Part shown: one piece after another, positions 39,501 through 50,499 of the stretch
Layout: each line of letters begins with the position of its first letter
How positions within the stretch are numbered: position 1 is the first letter of the stretch
DNA from: Strigamia acuminata
Lineage: Eukaryota
DNA length: 64,000 nucleotides
Direction of reading: 5' to 3'
NCBI GenBank assembly: GCA_949358305.1
Contig: OX442314.1
Coordinates: 13,888,001 to 13,952,000 of the forward strand
The notes under the pieces: model-generated
Database searches by the model: none
What the model saw: the letters and a program-made list of their open reading frames with translations, nothing else
Told to the model about the DNA's origin: nothing
Position numbers and translations under genes: made by a program

Positions 39501-42345
39501 CATCTGCCTAGTCACGTGATTTGCCCTCTTCTATTCATTTGAGGTTTCCCTTCAACAGCAGCTGTATTTCGGTTTTGAAAAGGAAAAATGGTGAATCGAC
39601 TTATTTCGGAGATGCATCAAAGCTCGGTCTAATTATCTCTATAATCGTAATTGGGTTGGCCGACAATGAAGCGGTCGGCTACTCGTTCAATGTCTCCTCA
39701 AAGTTAATCAGTTGAACTTTACGCTCGTTTTAAAGGGTGTCACTGCGTTTGTGATGATCATTGGCGGTGTGGTGAAGCGGTTTAAAGTTAAAAATAAGAG
39801 AAAGTTGGTCTTGGCTTGGAAATAGGAGTATATAGTAAGTGATTTAGATTTGCTTGTGTTGGTTTCGTTCAAGTAGCAACAAAAGTTAATTTGTACTTCA
39901 TTTCTGTATGGAAAAGGTCACGTTAGCGCGCAATTGTTTGATGCCATGCTACTCACGCTCGCATGCGGTTGGCTTTTTTTGTAAGTGTCAGCAGTAAAGG
40001 TTTGCCCTCAAACACAAGCCATCACTTCTAATGTTGTTATGTAGAGGAAGGAATTGCAGTTATCATGGAAGGGGAGGAAGAAAAAAAATGGACAAGGCAC
40101 ATTTGCATAGTTTAACGGTGTCAGCATCGCAGGTGCTGTTTGCAAATGTTGGTGCGGGCGGGGCGAGAGTTATTCGCGTGTTTATGGATTTTAATTTTAT
40201 ACCGTAGTAAAAGATTTTATGATTAGAAATTTTGTTGGGAGTGAGTTGGCTGCGGTTTTAACGCTTTTTTAAGATAGCGTAGTTGCGCGCGTTAGGCCTA
40301 ATTGCACGCATTATTGTCGTGTGAGAAAAAGTAAGCATTTTTGTTGCGGTGATGGAGTTGGGTTTAAATGTGGAGGAAATGGAACTGTTTTGGGAATTTA
40401 TGTGAGAAAATGAAGTGCAGCTAAAACGTAAAAGGAAAAGGTCAGGAAGAGCGAGATCATTAAGTTGTCAAAAAGGACAAATCATAGTGTTGTCCTCGTG
40501 TCAGTTCGCCTGACATGGTTCGCACTCTGCTGACAAGGGGTTCACAGGGCGGCCAGCTGCTTTGGCAGTTCGGAGTAGCGCTGCGGGTTGTCGACGGATT
40601 TCACATTGTGCGGATGTGCTGTTGCAGATGGAGAAAGCGAAATGTGTGTAACACCTTAGTCAGCTAAAGCTGGGCGAGTTTTTTAAGTGATTGGTGAATG
40701 GTGATGGGCGCTTTGTGCGTGAAATTTGAATTTATGAATCTTGCAGTTTGTGTAGGGACAAGATTGGACCCTAATGTGTCGTGGGGAAACCAATTGAAAA
40801 ATTTATTGAGGCAATCCATCTTCATGATAATGTATTTTTGGTTGTTATTAAAGCATTTGTATAAAGAATCTATTTTTTGAGTTTGTGCTAGCAACATATT
40901 TCGAACGGAACCATTAAAAACTTTGCAATCACGTTCTGATAAAAATAAACGACGGAACTTAAATTGGAATCATTTTCTTTCGCTTTTTAAGAGTTCAATT
41001 TCCAATTGAAAAGTAGATAAGAGAAATGGGTTTTGAATTAAGAGTAGAAAACAACTTTTTTTTTTAATTAGTGGAGGAAGATATTTGCTGTAATTTACAT
41101 TGAGTTTTTTCTGCAAATTCCCGCTGGAGGGCGTGATCTCTGGGTGAATAAAAGTGCAGCACCGACACAAATTTTTTTTTTTAATGTCAAAGTTTCACAG
41201 TGCTTTGATGACTTGTATGTGAGTTTGGAGATTTTTTTTCTTTCGCCCTTGGTGGAAAAAAAGGATCTCACCTTCCATACTCATTTAACAAGATGGTCGT
41301 GCGAAGCATCATTACGTGATTGTTGCTTAGTGCTTGCGCTTGCAGGGAAGATGTAAGATAGTTGCCTCGCTCCACACCCCCGACTTAATGATGCACGCAC
41401 ACATCTGAATTACACATTCTTGCTTGTAATGATTCAGCCTGTTGAGAGATGGCAGTTTGCCTCTTTCCTATTCGGTCACCAACTTGTTTTCCTTGTGCGC
41501 TTATAAAAGACAAGCAGCTTAGACGCTCTTTTGTTGTTAATGCCGTAAACACATTTGCTACTCTTCGTTGAGGGTTTAAGGTTGTGTAAGTAACTTGAGG
41601 TTGTTGGGTTTCGTTGGAAATGGGTGGGGTTTATAGCTCGCAGCCTTTGTTTTGCTACAAGGTCATTTGACAGTTAAGAAAAAAATTTTGACCATTAAAT
41701 CTCGTTTGTATAGGAGGATTGGCCAGCGGTTTGGTTTTATTCGTTTTAACATTAAAGAGCGAAATTGGCGATTTTATCAAAATTTAAAAAAAAAAAAAAA
41801 TTTTTTAATGAAAATATTCGTCGAAAATATGACGAAACTGGAAAAAGAAATTATTTTTTTGGTTTTTTTCTTGCAAAATTGCGAATATTTTACTCGGAAA
41901 TAAAATTCTGCGTAGTTTTCACCACCTGCAATATTTTGGGTTTTCCCCTCAGCAATGCGGTGCTGTGCAGTGAAGCATTCCAATAGGGTGAGCTTTTTGC
42001 ACAAATGTGTTTGTGTCCCGCTTTTTGAATTTTATTCGCGACGAGAGCTTTATTTTTATTTTCTACACATAAAAACTTCATTTAGTGCATGTGGATGAGA
42101 CTCGTCATTAAATCTTAACCCAATTAGGATACAGCGAGCACGAGGAATCTAACACTTGACCGAGGGGGTTCCACGGTAATGGCATTGTGGAGACACCATC
42201 AACTTGATAAGTAGAGTCACTCATAAACACGTGTGGCAGTGGGAGGTGTTGCGTTGGTCAAGTGTAACACGACCAGAAGCTCATTTACTGGGGCTTTCTT
42301 GCAAAGATAGAACAAGTGCATTCTCCATCGTTTTATGAAACCTTA

Positions 42346-42745
42346 TGTAAAATCCAGATTTGGATTTAATGTTTAGTAATGATTTCAATTTATGTTTAAT
42401 TTTAGTGTTTTATTTCGAAAAGTGTTTTAAGTCTCTTTGTAATTGTTTTTATCGAATATCGAATTGTATTGGTAATGTTTTAACGACAATAGTGTTTTTT
42501 GATCGAGGGACACCAAGAGTGCCCTCTGGTGTGTAATCTGTAATTTTGACCGGTCCTTGTTGACCGGAAGTTGACCCCGTTTTTGGGATTGACCACCATC
42601 TTTTTTACCTGTATCATCGTGTGTCACCACGCGATTTTCCTTGTTAAAATCTTCAACGATTAAAATTAGTTAAGTTTAAAAATACGTCTCAAATTGTTGC
42701 TCGCGCGTGCTGCAATCGCAGCTAGATTATTTCGAAGTCTCGAAA
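42346..42745 (+). repeat. 5' LTR (400 bp)
   Basis: Starts TGTAAAATCC and ends TCTCGAAA. No difference from 48071-48470 found by eye; the ORF track shows the same 67-aa antisense ORF in both copies. Confidence 0.96.
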
Positions 42746-42746
42746 T

Positions 42747-42764
42747 TGGTGCCGAAACCCGGGA
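42747..42764 (+). promoter_or_regulatory. Primer binding site complementary to tRNA-Phe(GAA)
   Basis: TGGTGCCGAAACCCGGGA begins 1 nt after the 5' LTR. It is the reverse complement of the metazoan tRNA-Phe 3' end ...UCCCGGGUUUCGGCACCA (18 nt, from recall). Confidence 0.9.
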
Positions 42765-42832
42765 GAAAAATCCAGGAACCTGAAGAACTGAAATCTATAA
42801 AAACCGCAAGTAAAATTTGAGAAAAATAAAAA

Positions 42833-45800
42833 ATGGCCGAAGATCTCAACGTGATCAAGTCACAACGAACAGTGGCCAGAAGAATGACGACCGCCACTAT
42901 AACCAAGGCGAAAACGATTCTTGCGGCAATACCACAGAATGAACTCGAACTAAAAAAAATTAAGGCCAACCTGAAGGCCAAGTCCGCCGAATTAAAGGCG
43001 TTAGACGGAAAAATATTGGCGGCGTTGGTTGACGACGACGAGATCGACCAAGAAATCACACAGTGCGAAACTAATTATAATGAGAAGATAATCGACTGCG
43101 AGGTCGAGCTCGAAGAAGCGCTGAAGAAAATGAATGCGCTGGCAATCGCCCCGCCACTCGCCCCGATCACCAACAATTACCATGGTACCGTTAATGCCCC
43201 GCACGAGACGACGATGCGACTCCCCAAGTACGAGGCCATAAAATTCAGTGGCGACCCCCTCGAATGGGATGATTTCTGGGGGAATTTCGAAATCAGCATC
43301 GATTCGAAGCCTAACATCACAAATAAAAGCAAGTTAGTGTATTTAAAGTCGTATTTGGACGGTGAAGCGGCGCTCGTGTTGAAAGGACTGCCGCCAACTG
43401 ATGAGAATTACCCCGTCGCCAAGGAACTTTTAATTGAACGTTACGGGCGAAGTGACGTTATTCTCAGTGCGCACATGAGAGCGTTAATGAAAATGCAACC
43501 TGTAAAAGATATTTTAGACCCCGTGCCTCTTCAAAAGCTCTACGACCGCTGCGAGTCACACGTGCGCGGATTGTTGGCGTCAAAAATGAACACTGAAGCT
43601 ATCGATGCGACAGCTTGTCCGCTGATATTGGGTTTGGTCCCAAAACAAATTTCACTAGACTTTTCGCGACAACACCCTGATGGGAAATACAAAGCAAAAG
43701 ACTTATTGGACATGATTCGAGCTGAACTAATTCATCATAGCAAAATTGATAGTTTTCAGGACCTGCATCGCACTAAAGACCAGGAGAAGTCGGGAAAAGC
43801 AGAAAAACAGGACACGGAGAAGACATTTCGCAAGAACAACGATCGTGTCCCGTCTGCTCGAGTATTGAGCACGATGATCGCCAACTGCATGTTTTGCAGT
43901 AAGACCCACGAACGTGACGGCTGTTCCACGACTGCAGCGGAGCGAAAAGAATACGTGGTTAAAAATGGACGGTGTTTTAAGTGCTTAAAAAAGGGGCACA
44001 CGTCGAAAACGTGCTCCTACCGAATCACGTGTAAGATTTGCCAACGAAATCACAATCCTTTGGTGTGTGATGGAGCGAGGAAAACCGTTAATGAAAGTTT
44101 GACCACTCACGTGGCTACGTGTGCAGAATTATCAGCGTTCGTCCCTCCTCCTGCTGCAGCGTTGGCGTCAATTTTTGTGCGTGTTGTGCATCAATCAAAA
44201 GAAGCGATCGTGCAGTGTCTTCTCGACCCCGGCAGCCAAACGACATTCGTGTTGTCCAGTCTTGCTAAAGACTTGGGGTTGCAATCGAAAGGAACTGAAA
44301 ATTTGTCCGTACTGACTTTTGGCAGTCAAGTGTCGCAAAGTGCAAAGCGAGAACGATTCGAGTTGAATTTGTGCAACGTGGACGACAAGAATAAATCGCT
44401 CACGGTCACAGCAATCGAGACGCCGTGGATAACGCGGCCGATAAAAACTGAGTTGCAGGCTGGCTTGCGAGCCGCCTTAGCACGCAACAATATTGTAATA
44501 AATTTTGAACAATACACTAATTTTGATGTTTTTTGTTTGATAGGCGCCGATAATATCGCTAAAATTTTGACTGGACGTCTCGAGAAGTTTGAAGAGGATC
44601 TGGTGGCAATCGAAACAATTTTTGGCTGGGCGTTGATGGGTAGCTCGCCCAACGTGACGACTTTGTCTACAATGGTCACCCGCGTATTCAACGTGCGGCT
44701 CGACGACCGCTTAGATGACCATCTTAAACAATTCTGGGAACTCGAAGCGATTGGAATCCGACACGAGTCCATTGACGAGTCGCCAACAGATCGCAACACG
44801 TGCACAAAGCGCTTCCGCGAGCTGGTGACGCGAGAGGACGGACGATATGTGGTGCCACTACCGTGGTTAGTCGATGCCAGTCAACTCAACAACAATTTTG
44901 AAGTAGCCAAGCGGAGATTTTGGCATTTGGTGCGCAAGTTCAAGAAGAACCCCGGCTTTTATCAAGCTTACAAAAAAATCTTCGACGATCAGCTGAAAAA
45001 CGACATCATCGAAGAAGTGAAAGTGCAAGACCCAGAACATTCATATTTTATGCCGCATCGTGCAGTTGTGCGAGAGGATCGTGCGACGACAAAAATTCGT
45101 ATTGTTTTCGACGCGTCATCAAAGGGAAAGAACGAGCTTTCGCTGAACGATTGTTTGGACAGCGGCCCCAATTTGTTACCGGAAATATTGAAACTTTTGG
45201 TGCTATTCCGACGTGAGCTTGTAGCGTACATCTCGGACATCGAAAAAGCATTTTTGCAGCTTCTGCTAAGACTTTGCGACCGGAACTTTGTTAGTTTTTT
45301 GTGGGTACCAGAGAATTGGGACGGTTTGGAATTCCTCGTGCCAAGAATTATGCGTCAGAAGCGAGTCACGTTTGGAGTCAGTTCCAGTCCCTACTCGTTA
45401 AACGACACGATCCAAATGCATCTGGACGAAATGGAGAATTTGTATCCGGACACCGTCAAGCAGATTCGAGAGAAATTTTACGTGGACGACCTTCTGGATT
45501 CGATGCGAGCTGAAAATCAAGTTTTGACCGTTTTTTATGAGGCGCGGAAGTTGATGATGGACGCGCATTTGCCTTTAAGAAAATGGCATTCGAATTCTCC
45601 ACGACTACGAGAAATATTTGCTAAGGAGATCCCCGAAGATGAAGAAATTATCGCCGCCGAAAATGGTCAAACTACCGTGCTAGGTTTGATTTGGAATTAC
45701 GAGACCGATAGACTTCAACTCGAAATAGGAGAATGGGCTGAAAAGAAACCAGAAAGCGGTCAAGGATCGAAGAGGGCGATTGTACAAGCAGTGGCGAAAA

Positions 45801-48046
45801 TTTATGACCCGTTGGGCTTCGCCTCACCATTCGCGATCGTCGGAAAACTCATGTTTCAGGAGTTGTGGTCCAGAAAAATCGATTGGGACGTCCCCTTGCC
45901 CCCCGACATTGCCAAGCGGTGGTGTGAATGGTACGAACAGGTGACAACATTACGAACAATCTCAGTCAAACGACCGTACAGTCCAAACTTGAGCGACAAC
46001 TCTCAACAGGAAATTCATCTCTTTTGCGACGCGAGTCCGAAGGCGTACGGCGTCGTAGTTTACGTGCGCACAGAAACAAATGGAACTGTCGACGTGTCGT
46101 TGTGCATGTCCAAGTCACGCGTTGCGCCGTTGAAGCCACTTACTTTGCCAAAATTGGAACTCATGAGCGCCCTTTTGTCATCACGCGTTGCAGTGAAGTT
46201 ACGAGTTTTGGAAATCAAGAAAATGCATTGTTGGACCGACTCTTCAATTACATACTTTTGGATCCAACAGCAACAGAAGAAAACTAATCCTTTCATCGCG
46301 AATCGAGTACGGGAAATTCGTACAAACACCGACGTCGAATCTTGGCGACACTGCCCCGGCAGGGTAAATCCTGCGGATAAATTGACGAGAGGGATGGAAG
46401 CAGTGAAACTGGTTGACGATAACGAGTGGTGGCAGGGCCCCGAGTGGCTACGAAAAGGTGAAGAACATTGGCCACAAGAAATAAGCGCAGAATTAGAAAC
46501 CCAACTTGAAGAGTTCGAAGAAAATTGCACGAGCGTCAACGCGACTCGATCGGCGGAAAAAATGGAGCCGATATTCGCCCTGGAAAACTACAGCAGTTGG
46601 ACAAGAGTCGTAAGGATCACAGCCTGGATGCTACGCTTCATTCGAAACTCGAGAAAGAATCAATCAATTGTCGGACCGCTGAAAACTGAGGAAATCGAGG
46701 CAGCAGAAACATATTGGTTCCGCCATGCTCAGCGTTCAAGGTTCGCAGAGGAATTGGATTGCGTGCAGAGCGCTGTGAAATTAAACAGAGAATCACCGCT
46801 ATCGCAAGTGGAATTAATCATCGACGAGAGAGAAGTACTAAGAATAAATTCTCGAATTCGCGACCACATCGGATCGAAAAACTTCATTTATCCAGTCGTA
46901 TTGGACGCGGACTCGCCGATGACCAAATTGATAATAAGGGACTGTCATTTACGTGCCTTGCATGGAGGACTGGGAGATACGTTGGCAGAATTTCGCTCAA
47001 GATTTTGGACCCGAAGAGCCAGAAAAACGATAAAAAGTTACGTGTCCAAATGCATAACGTGCCGTCGCGTGAACTCGAAGCTGATGACACAAGCCATCGG
47101 GCTTCTCCCTTCTGACCGCATCAATCGTGCTGCCCCCTTCCAGATAATAGGCGTGGATTTCGCGGGCCCACTTTACATGCGGAGTGGCGAGAAATGTTAT
47201 ATCGCATTATTCACCTGCGCGGTAGTACGAGCCGTACATCTGGAGTTAGTTTCAGACCTGACGACAGAAAAGTTTATTCTGGCATTCAAACGTTTGATAT
47301 CACGACGAGGAATTCCGAGTATCGTGTATTCGGACAACGCAAAAACGTTTAAGCGGGCAGAAAAGGATTTGGCGCTGTTCATAAATGGATTTGCAGGCGA
47401 AGAGTTCCAGGGATTTTTATCTCACAACAAGATACAATGGAAATTCATTGTCGAGTTGGCTCCTTGGTGGGGAGGCTTTTGGGAGCGCCTCGTCAAGACG
47501 GTCAAATTGAGTCTGAAGAAAGTTCTGGGAAGATCGTCGCTTTGTTTTGAGGGACTGACAACTGTATTGACGGAGGTCGAAGCAATAATAAACTCGCGCC
47601 CTATAACCTACGTGACGGACGATCCGACAGAGCAAGAACCGCTGTCGCCATCACATTTTTTGATCGGGACCCGAATTTCAAGTTTGCCCGACATTTACAA
47701 CTCGGAGCATCACGTCGATATTTCGAAGAGAACGGAGTTAGTTAAACGATGGAAGTTGCGCCAGAGATTTACAAATTTATTGTGGCGTCGTTGGTCCCAT
47801 GAGTACCTCGTGGAGTTGAGGGAATTTCGACGAGTACGAGCATCTAAAGAGATTTGCGTTAACGATTTAGTCCTCGTGCAGGAACAGGGTCAGCCACGCA
47901 TGACGTGGAAGACGGCGAAAATTACGAAGACGTTTGACGGTAGAGATGGGAAAATTCGATCTTGCGAGATGATGCTGCCGGGAGGGAAAACGTTAAGAAG
48001 ACCGGTGCAGAGACTTTGCTCGTTGGAAGTCGCCGACGACAATTAG
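42833..48046 (+). CDS. BEL/Pao gag-pol polyprotein, 1737 aa
   Basis: Gag region (KFSGDPLEWDDFW...KLVYLKSYLDGEA). Three Cys/His knuckles typical of BEL/Pao (CMFCSKTHERDGC, CFKCLKKGHTSKTC, CKICQRNHNPLVC). Protease LLDPGSQ, RT (SDIEKAF, YVDD), RNase H (HLFCDASPKAYG, WTDS, NPADKLTRG), integrase HHCC and DDE (GVDFAGP, SDNAKTF, WWGGFWERL), and a C-terminal W-x-x-W-x-x-EYL...GRDGKIR...RPVQRL domain. Confidence 0.97.
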   Translation: MAEDLNVIKSQRTVARRMTTATITKAKTILAAIPQNELELKKIKANLKAKSAELKALDGKILAALVDDDEIDQEITQCETNYNEKIIDCEVELEEALKKMNALAIAPPLAPITNNYHGTVNAPHETTMRLPKYEAIKFSGDPLEWDDFWGNFEISIDSKPNITNKSKLVYLKSYLDGEAALVLKGLPPTDENYPVAKELLIERYGRSDVILSAHMRALMKMQPVKDILDPVPLQKLYDRCESHVRGLLASKMNTEAIDATACPLILGLVPKQISLDFSRQHPDGKYKAKDLLDMIRAELIHHSKIDSFQDLHRTKDQEKSGKAEKQDTEKTFRKNNDRVPSARVLSTMIANCMFCSKTHERDGCSTTAAERKEYVVKNGRCFKCLKKGHTSKTCSYRITCKICQRNHNPLVCDGARKTVNESLTTHVATCAELSAFVPPPAAALASIFVRVVHQSKEAIVQCLLDPGSQTTFVLSSLAKDLGLQSKGTENLSVLTFGSQVSQSAKRERFELNLCNVDDKNKSLTVTAIETPWITRPIKTELQAGLRAALARNNIVINFEQYTNFDVFCLIGADNIAKILTGRLEKFEEDLVAIETIFGWALMGSSPNVTTLSTMVTRVFNVRLDDRLDDHLKQFWELEAIGIRHESIDESPTDRNTCTKRFRELVTREDGRYVVPLPWLVDASQLNNNFEVAKRRFWHLVRKFKKNPGFYQAYKKIFDDQLKNDIIEEVKVQDPEHSYFMPHRAVVREDRATTKIRIVFDASSKGKNELSLNDCLDSGPNLLPEILKLLVLFRRELVAYISDIEKAFLQLLLRLCDRNFVSFLWVPENWDGLEFLVPRIMRQKRVTFGVSSSPYSLNDTIQMHLDEMENLYPDTVKQIREKFYVDDLLDSMRAENQVLTVFYEARKLMMDAHLPLRKWHSNSPRLREIFAKEIPEDEEIIAAENGQTTVLGLIWNYETDRLQLEIGEWAEKKPESGQGSKRAIVQAVAKIYDPLGFASPFAIVGKLMFQELWSRKIDWDVPLPPDIAKRWCEWYEQVTTLRTISVKRPYSPNLSDNSQQEIHLFCDASPKAYGVVVYVRTETNGTVDVSLCMSKSRVAPLKPLTLPKLELMSALLSSRVAVKLRVLEIKKMHCWTDSSITYFWIQQQQKKTNPFIANRVREIRTNTDVESWRHCPGRVNPADKLTRGMEAVKLVDDNEWWQGPEWLRKGEEHWPQEISAELETQLEEFEENCTSVNATRSAEKMEPIFALENYSSWTRVVRITAWMLRFIRNSRKNQSIVGPLKTEEIEAAETYWFRHAQRSRFAEELDCVQSAVKLNRESPLSQVELIIDEREVLRINSRIRDHIGSKNFIYPVVLDADSPMTKLIIRDCHLRALHGGLGDTLAEFRSRFWTRRARKTIKSYVSKCITCRRVNSKLMTQAIGLLPSDRINRAAPFQIIGVDFAGPLYMRSGEKCYIALFTCAVVRAVHLELVSDLTTEKFILAFKRLISRRGIPSIVYSDNAKTFKRAEKDLALFINGFAGEEFQGFLSHNKIQWKFIVELAPWWGGFWERLVKTVKLSLKKVLGRSSLCFEGLTTVLTEVEAIINSRPITYVTDDPTEQEPLSPSHFLIGTRISSLPDIYNSEHHVDISKRTELVKRWKLRQRFTNLLWRRWSHEYLVELREFRRVRASKEICVNDLVLVQEQGQPRMTWKTAKITKTFDGRDGKIRSCEMMLPGGKTLRRPVQRLCSLEVADDN

Positions 48047-48070
48047 ATTTGTGGTTTTTTCCCCCGGCAA

Positions 48071-48470
48071 TGTAAAATCCAGATTTGGATTTAATGTTTA
48101 GTAATGATTTCAATTTATGTTTAATTTTAGTGTTTTATTTCGAAAAGTGTTTTAAGTCTCTTTGTAATTGTTTTTATCGAATATCGAATTGTATTGGTAA
48201 TGTTTTAACGACAATAGTGTTTTTTGATCGAGGGACACCAAGAGTGCCCTCTGGTGTGTAATCTGTAATTTTGACCGGTCCTTGTTGACCGGAAGTTGAC
48301 CCCGTTTTTGGGATTGACCACCATCTTTTTTACCTGTATCATCGTGTGTCACCACGCGATTTTCCTTGTTAAAATCTTCAACGATTAAAATTAGTTAAGT
48401 TTAAAAATACGTCTCAAATTGTTGCTCGCGCGTGCTGCAATCGCAGCTAGATTATTTCGAAGTCTCGAAA
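48071..48470 (+). repeat. 3' LTR (400 bp)
   Basis: Direct repeat of 42346-42745, followed immediately by the TSD CCTTA. Confidence 0.96.
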
Positions 48471-50499
48471 CCTTACACACAGTAGGAGAGTCTCTTTTTT
48501 CACATCATCTTTTCTTCATCCTATCTTGTTTTTAGGCTTTATTCATGATATTGATTCAGTTCCCCTTCCCCATATTTTTTTTTTTGGAATTTTGCCTTTA
48601 TCTTTAGTGTAGATTTCTAGTGGCAACACTCAATTAATTATAGGAGGGAGATTTTAAGTAATCAGAGCTGAAAGTTAATTTAATTAATTTATAAATTTTC
48701 TTCGTCTTTGTGGGGAAATATCGAGAAACGAAGAGCATTTATTAAAAAAATATATCATGTTCTTGGGATTTTGGTCGACGGAGATGGGATTTTTTTATTT
48801 TATCAGAACTTACAGAAAGAATGGATGTTTTATTGAATTTTTGTTTTTATTTTAGTTCTTTTTTTTGTGTGTTTTTATTGAAAATTTTTTTTTTTAGTTT
48901 GAAGAAAAAAATATGCATCTTAGTCTCAAGAGATTTATTTTTTTATTCGTTTGGTGAGATTGTCGTATATTATTTCTGCAATGGGAAATGTGAAATTTGT
49001 TTTAATGACAGGAATCAATCACGAGGGACATTTAAAATTAGGAAGTTTAAAATGAAAAGAATAAGTGAAGATTATTTTTGGTTATATACTTTTTTTTATA
49101 TATATTTTTTTTTTGTATAATTTAGTCATTAAAATTAGTCTTAGAGAGAAAAAAACATGTTATTATTGCACCTAATCAGCTTTTCTTGAATGCCTTCACT
49201 GGAAAACATAATCAGTTTGAAGTTATAAAAATTGCTAATTGGAATTTGAATGTTATGAAACCTCTTTATTGGCAAGTGCGCGCTTCCGTCTTCATTTAAT
49301 TTCATTTGAATGCGCTTCACCAAGAACCCTCAATTCTAGTCTGATTTAAGGCTGATCAGACCCAATCTTCTTCTAATTTAAATTTCCAAGACTGCAAATA
49401 ATGGAGTTAAAAAAAATTTAAATATAAATAAAAAAGCTGTGTAATTATTATGGGATTAAAGGGACTTATTCTTTTTGTTTTTATTATTATTTCTCTTTTC
49501 TAAAAAAAAAAAATAACGGTTTAAATCTCTCTTTTCTTGTGAAACTAATAAATTTTATTAATTTTTTCTTTTCAATTTAATTCCTGAAATAAATGAAGTT
49601 CAGTGCGATTCAAATTATAACAACTTTTAAGAGGATTAAATTTTTTTTGTCATCTTTAAAAAAAAAATGTAGAACTGATAATTTCGCTCGTGAACGCACA
49701 TGGGAAGTAAAACACGTGTGCACGATCAATGAGCGGCTACTTTACATTTTTTTAAATTAACTTAACCTTTTAAAAAGGGACACACAATTTATTGCATCTT
49801 GAGCAAAGATTTATCTAGCGACGCACGAATTGGTAAGTTAAAAATTAGCGATGCTAACTTAAGAAGCAACAAAATATTTGAGGAAAATGGAAAGTAAAAT
49901 TGTTTCACGAGAATGAGCAAAGGATATGCGCTTGACGGTTGCTAAGATCCTCTTTTCCTAATGGGATTGAGGTGATGAGGAACGGTGACATTGGCACAAC
50001 ACATTATCTGTTGTCAAGTAAATGTCTTGCAGTGTCGGCACATCTCAAGATTCCCTAGGACTGAAAAAGTTTTGCCCGATTAACATCGTCGCTGACGGAG
50101 AAATGATTGGCTCAGCAATATTGGATTGCAAGTCTTAACTGCTAAATCTCATGATACCTTCCTGGAAACTCAACTCATAATTGCTTTTTTTTTCTGCCTG
50201 CTTTCTATATTTTTTTTTCTTTTCAATTTAGAGAAATAAATCTAAATGGAGATGAGATTTTGAAAATGTGGATTATTTTGTCACCCGAATGAAATGATTT
50301 AAGATTTAAGAGCGGGCCTCGGTGTGTTGATTAACAGATTAATTGTATATATTTTTATTTGCAATTTAATGCAAGGGACCGTTCAATCGCTGGTTATACA
50401 TGTATAACGCAAGTATATTTGCACAATTGGTGGCAATTTAGACGAAACATTAATTTATAAGTCGAAATAAGTCAAGTAGGGCTTTATGGGGCCAACTTA

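Larger units (their letters stand above)
42346..48470 (+). mobile_element. Full-length BEL/Pao LTR retrotransposon
   Basis: Two 400-bp direct repeats (42346-42745, 48071-48470), a 5-bp TSD CCTTA (42341-42345 and 48471-48475), a PBS right after the 5' LTR, and one intact gag-pol ORF with domain order PR-RT-RH-IN. Confidence 0.97.

Noticed and set aside
42427..42630. Identical 67-aa minus-strand ORFs at 42427 and 48152
   Set aside because: A by-product of LTR duplication; no recognisable protein features.
43001..47635. Many short ORFs overlapping gag-pol in other frames or on the other strand
   Set aside because: Shadow ORFs expected from GC-richer coding sequence.
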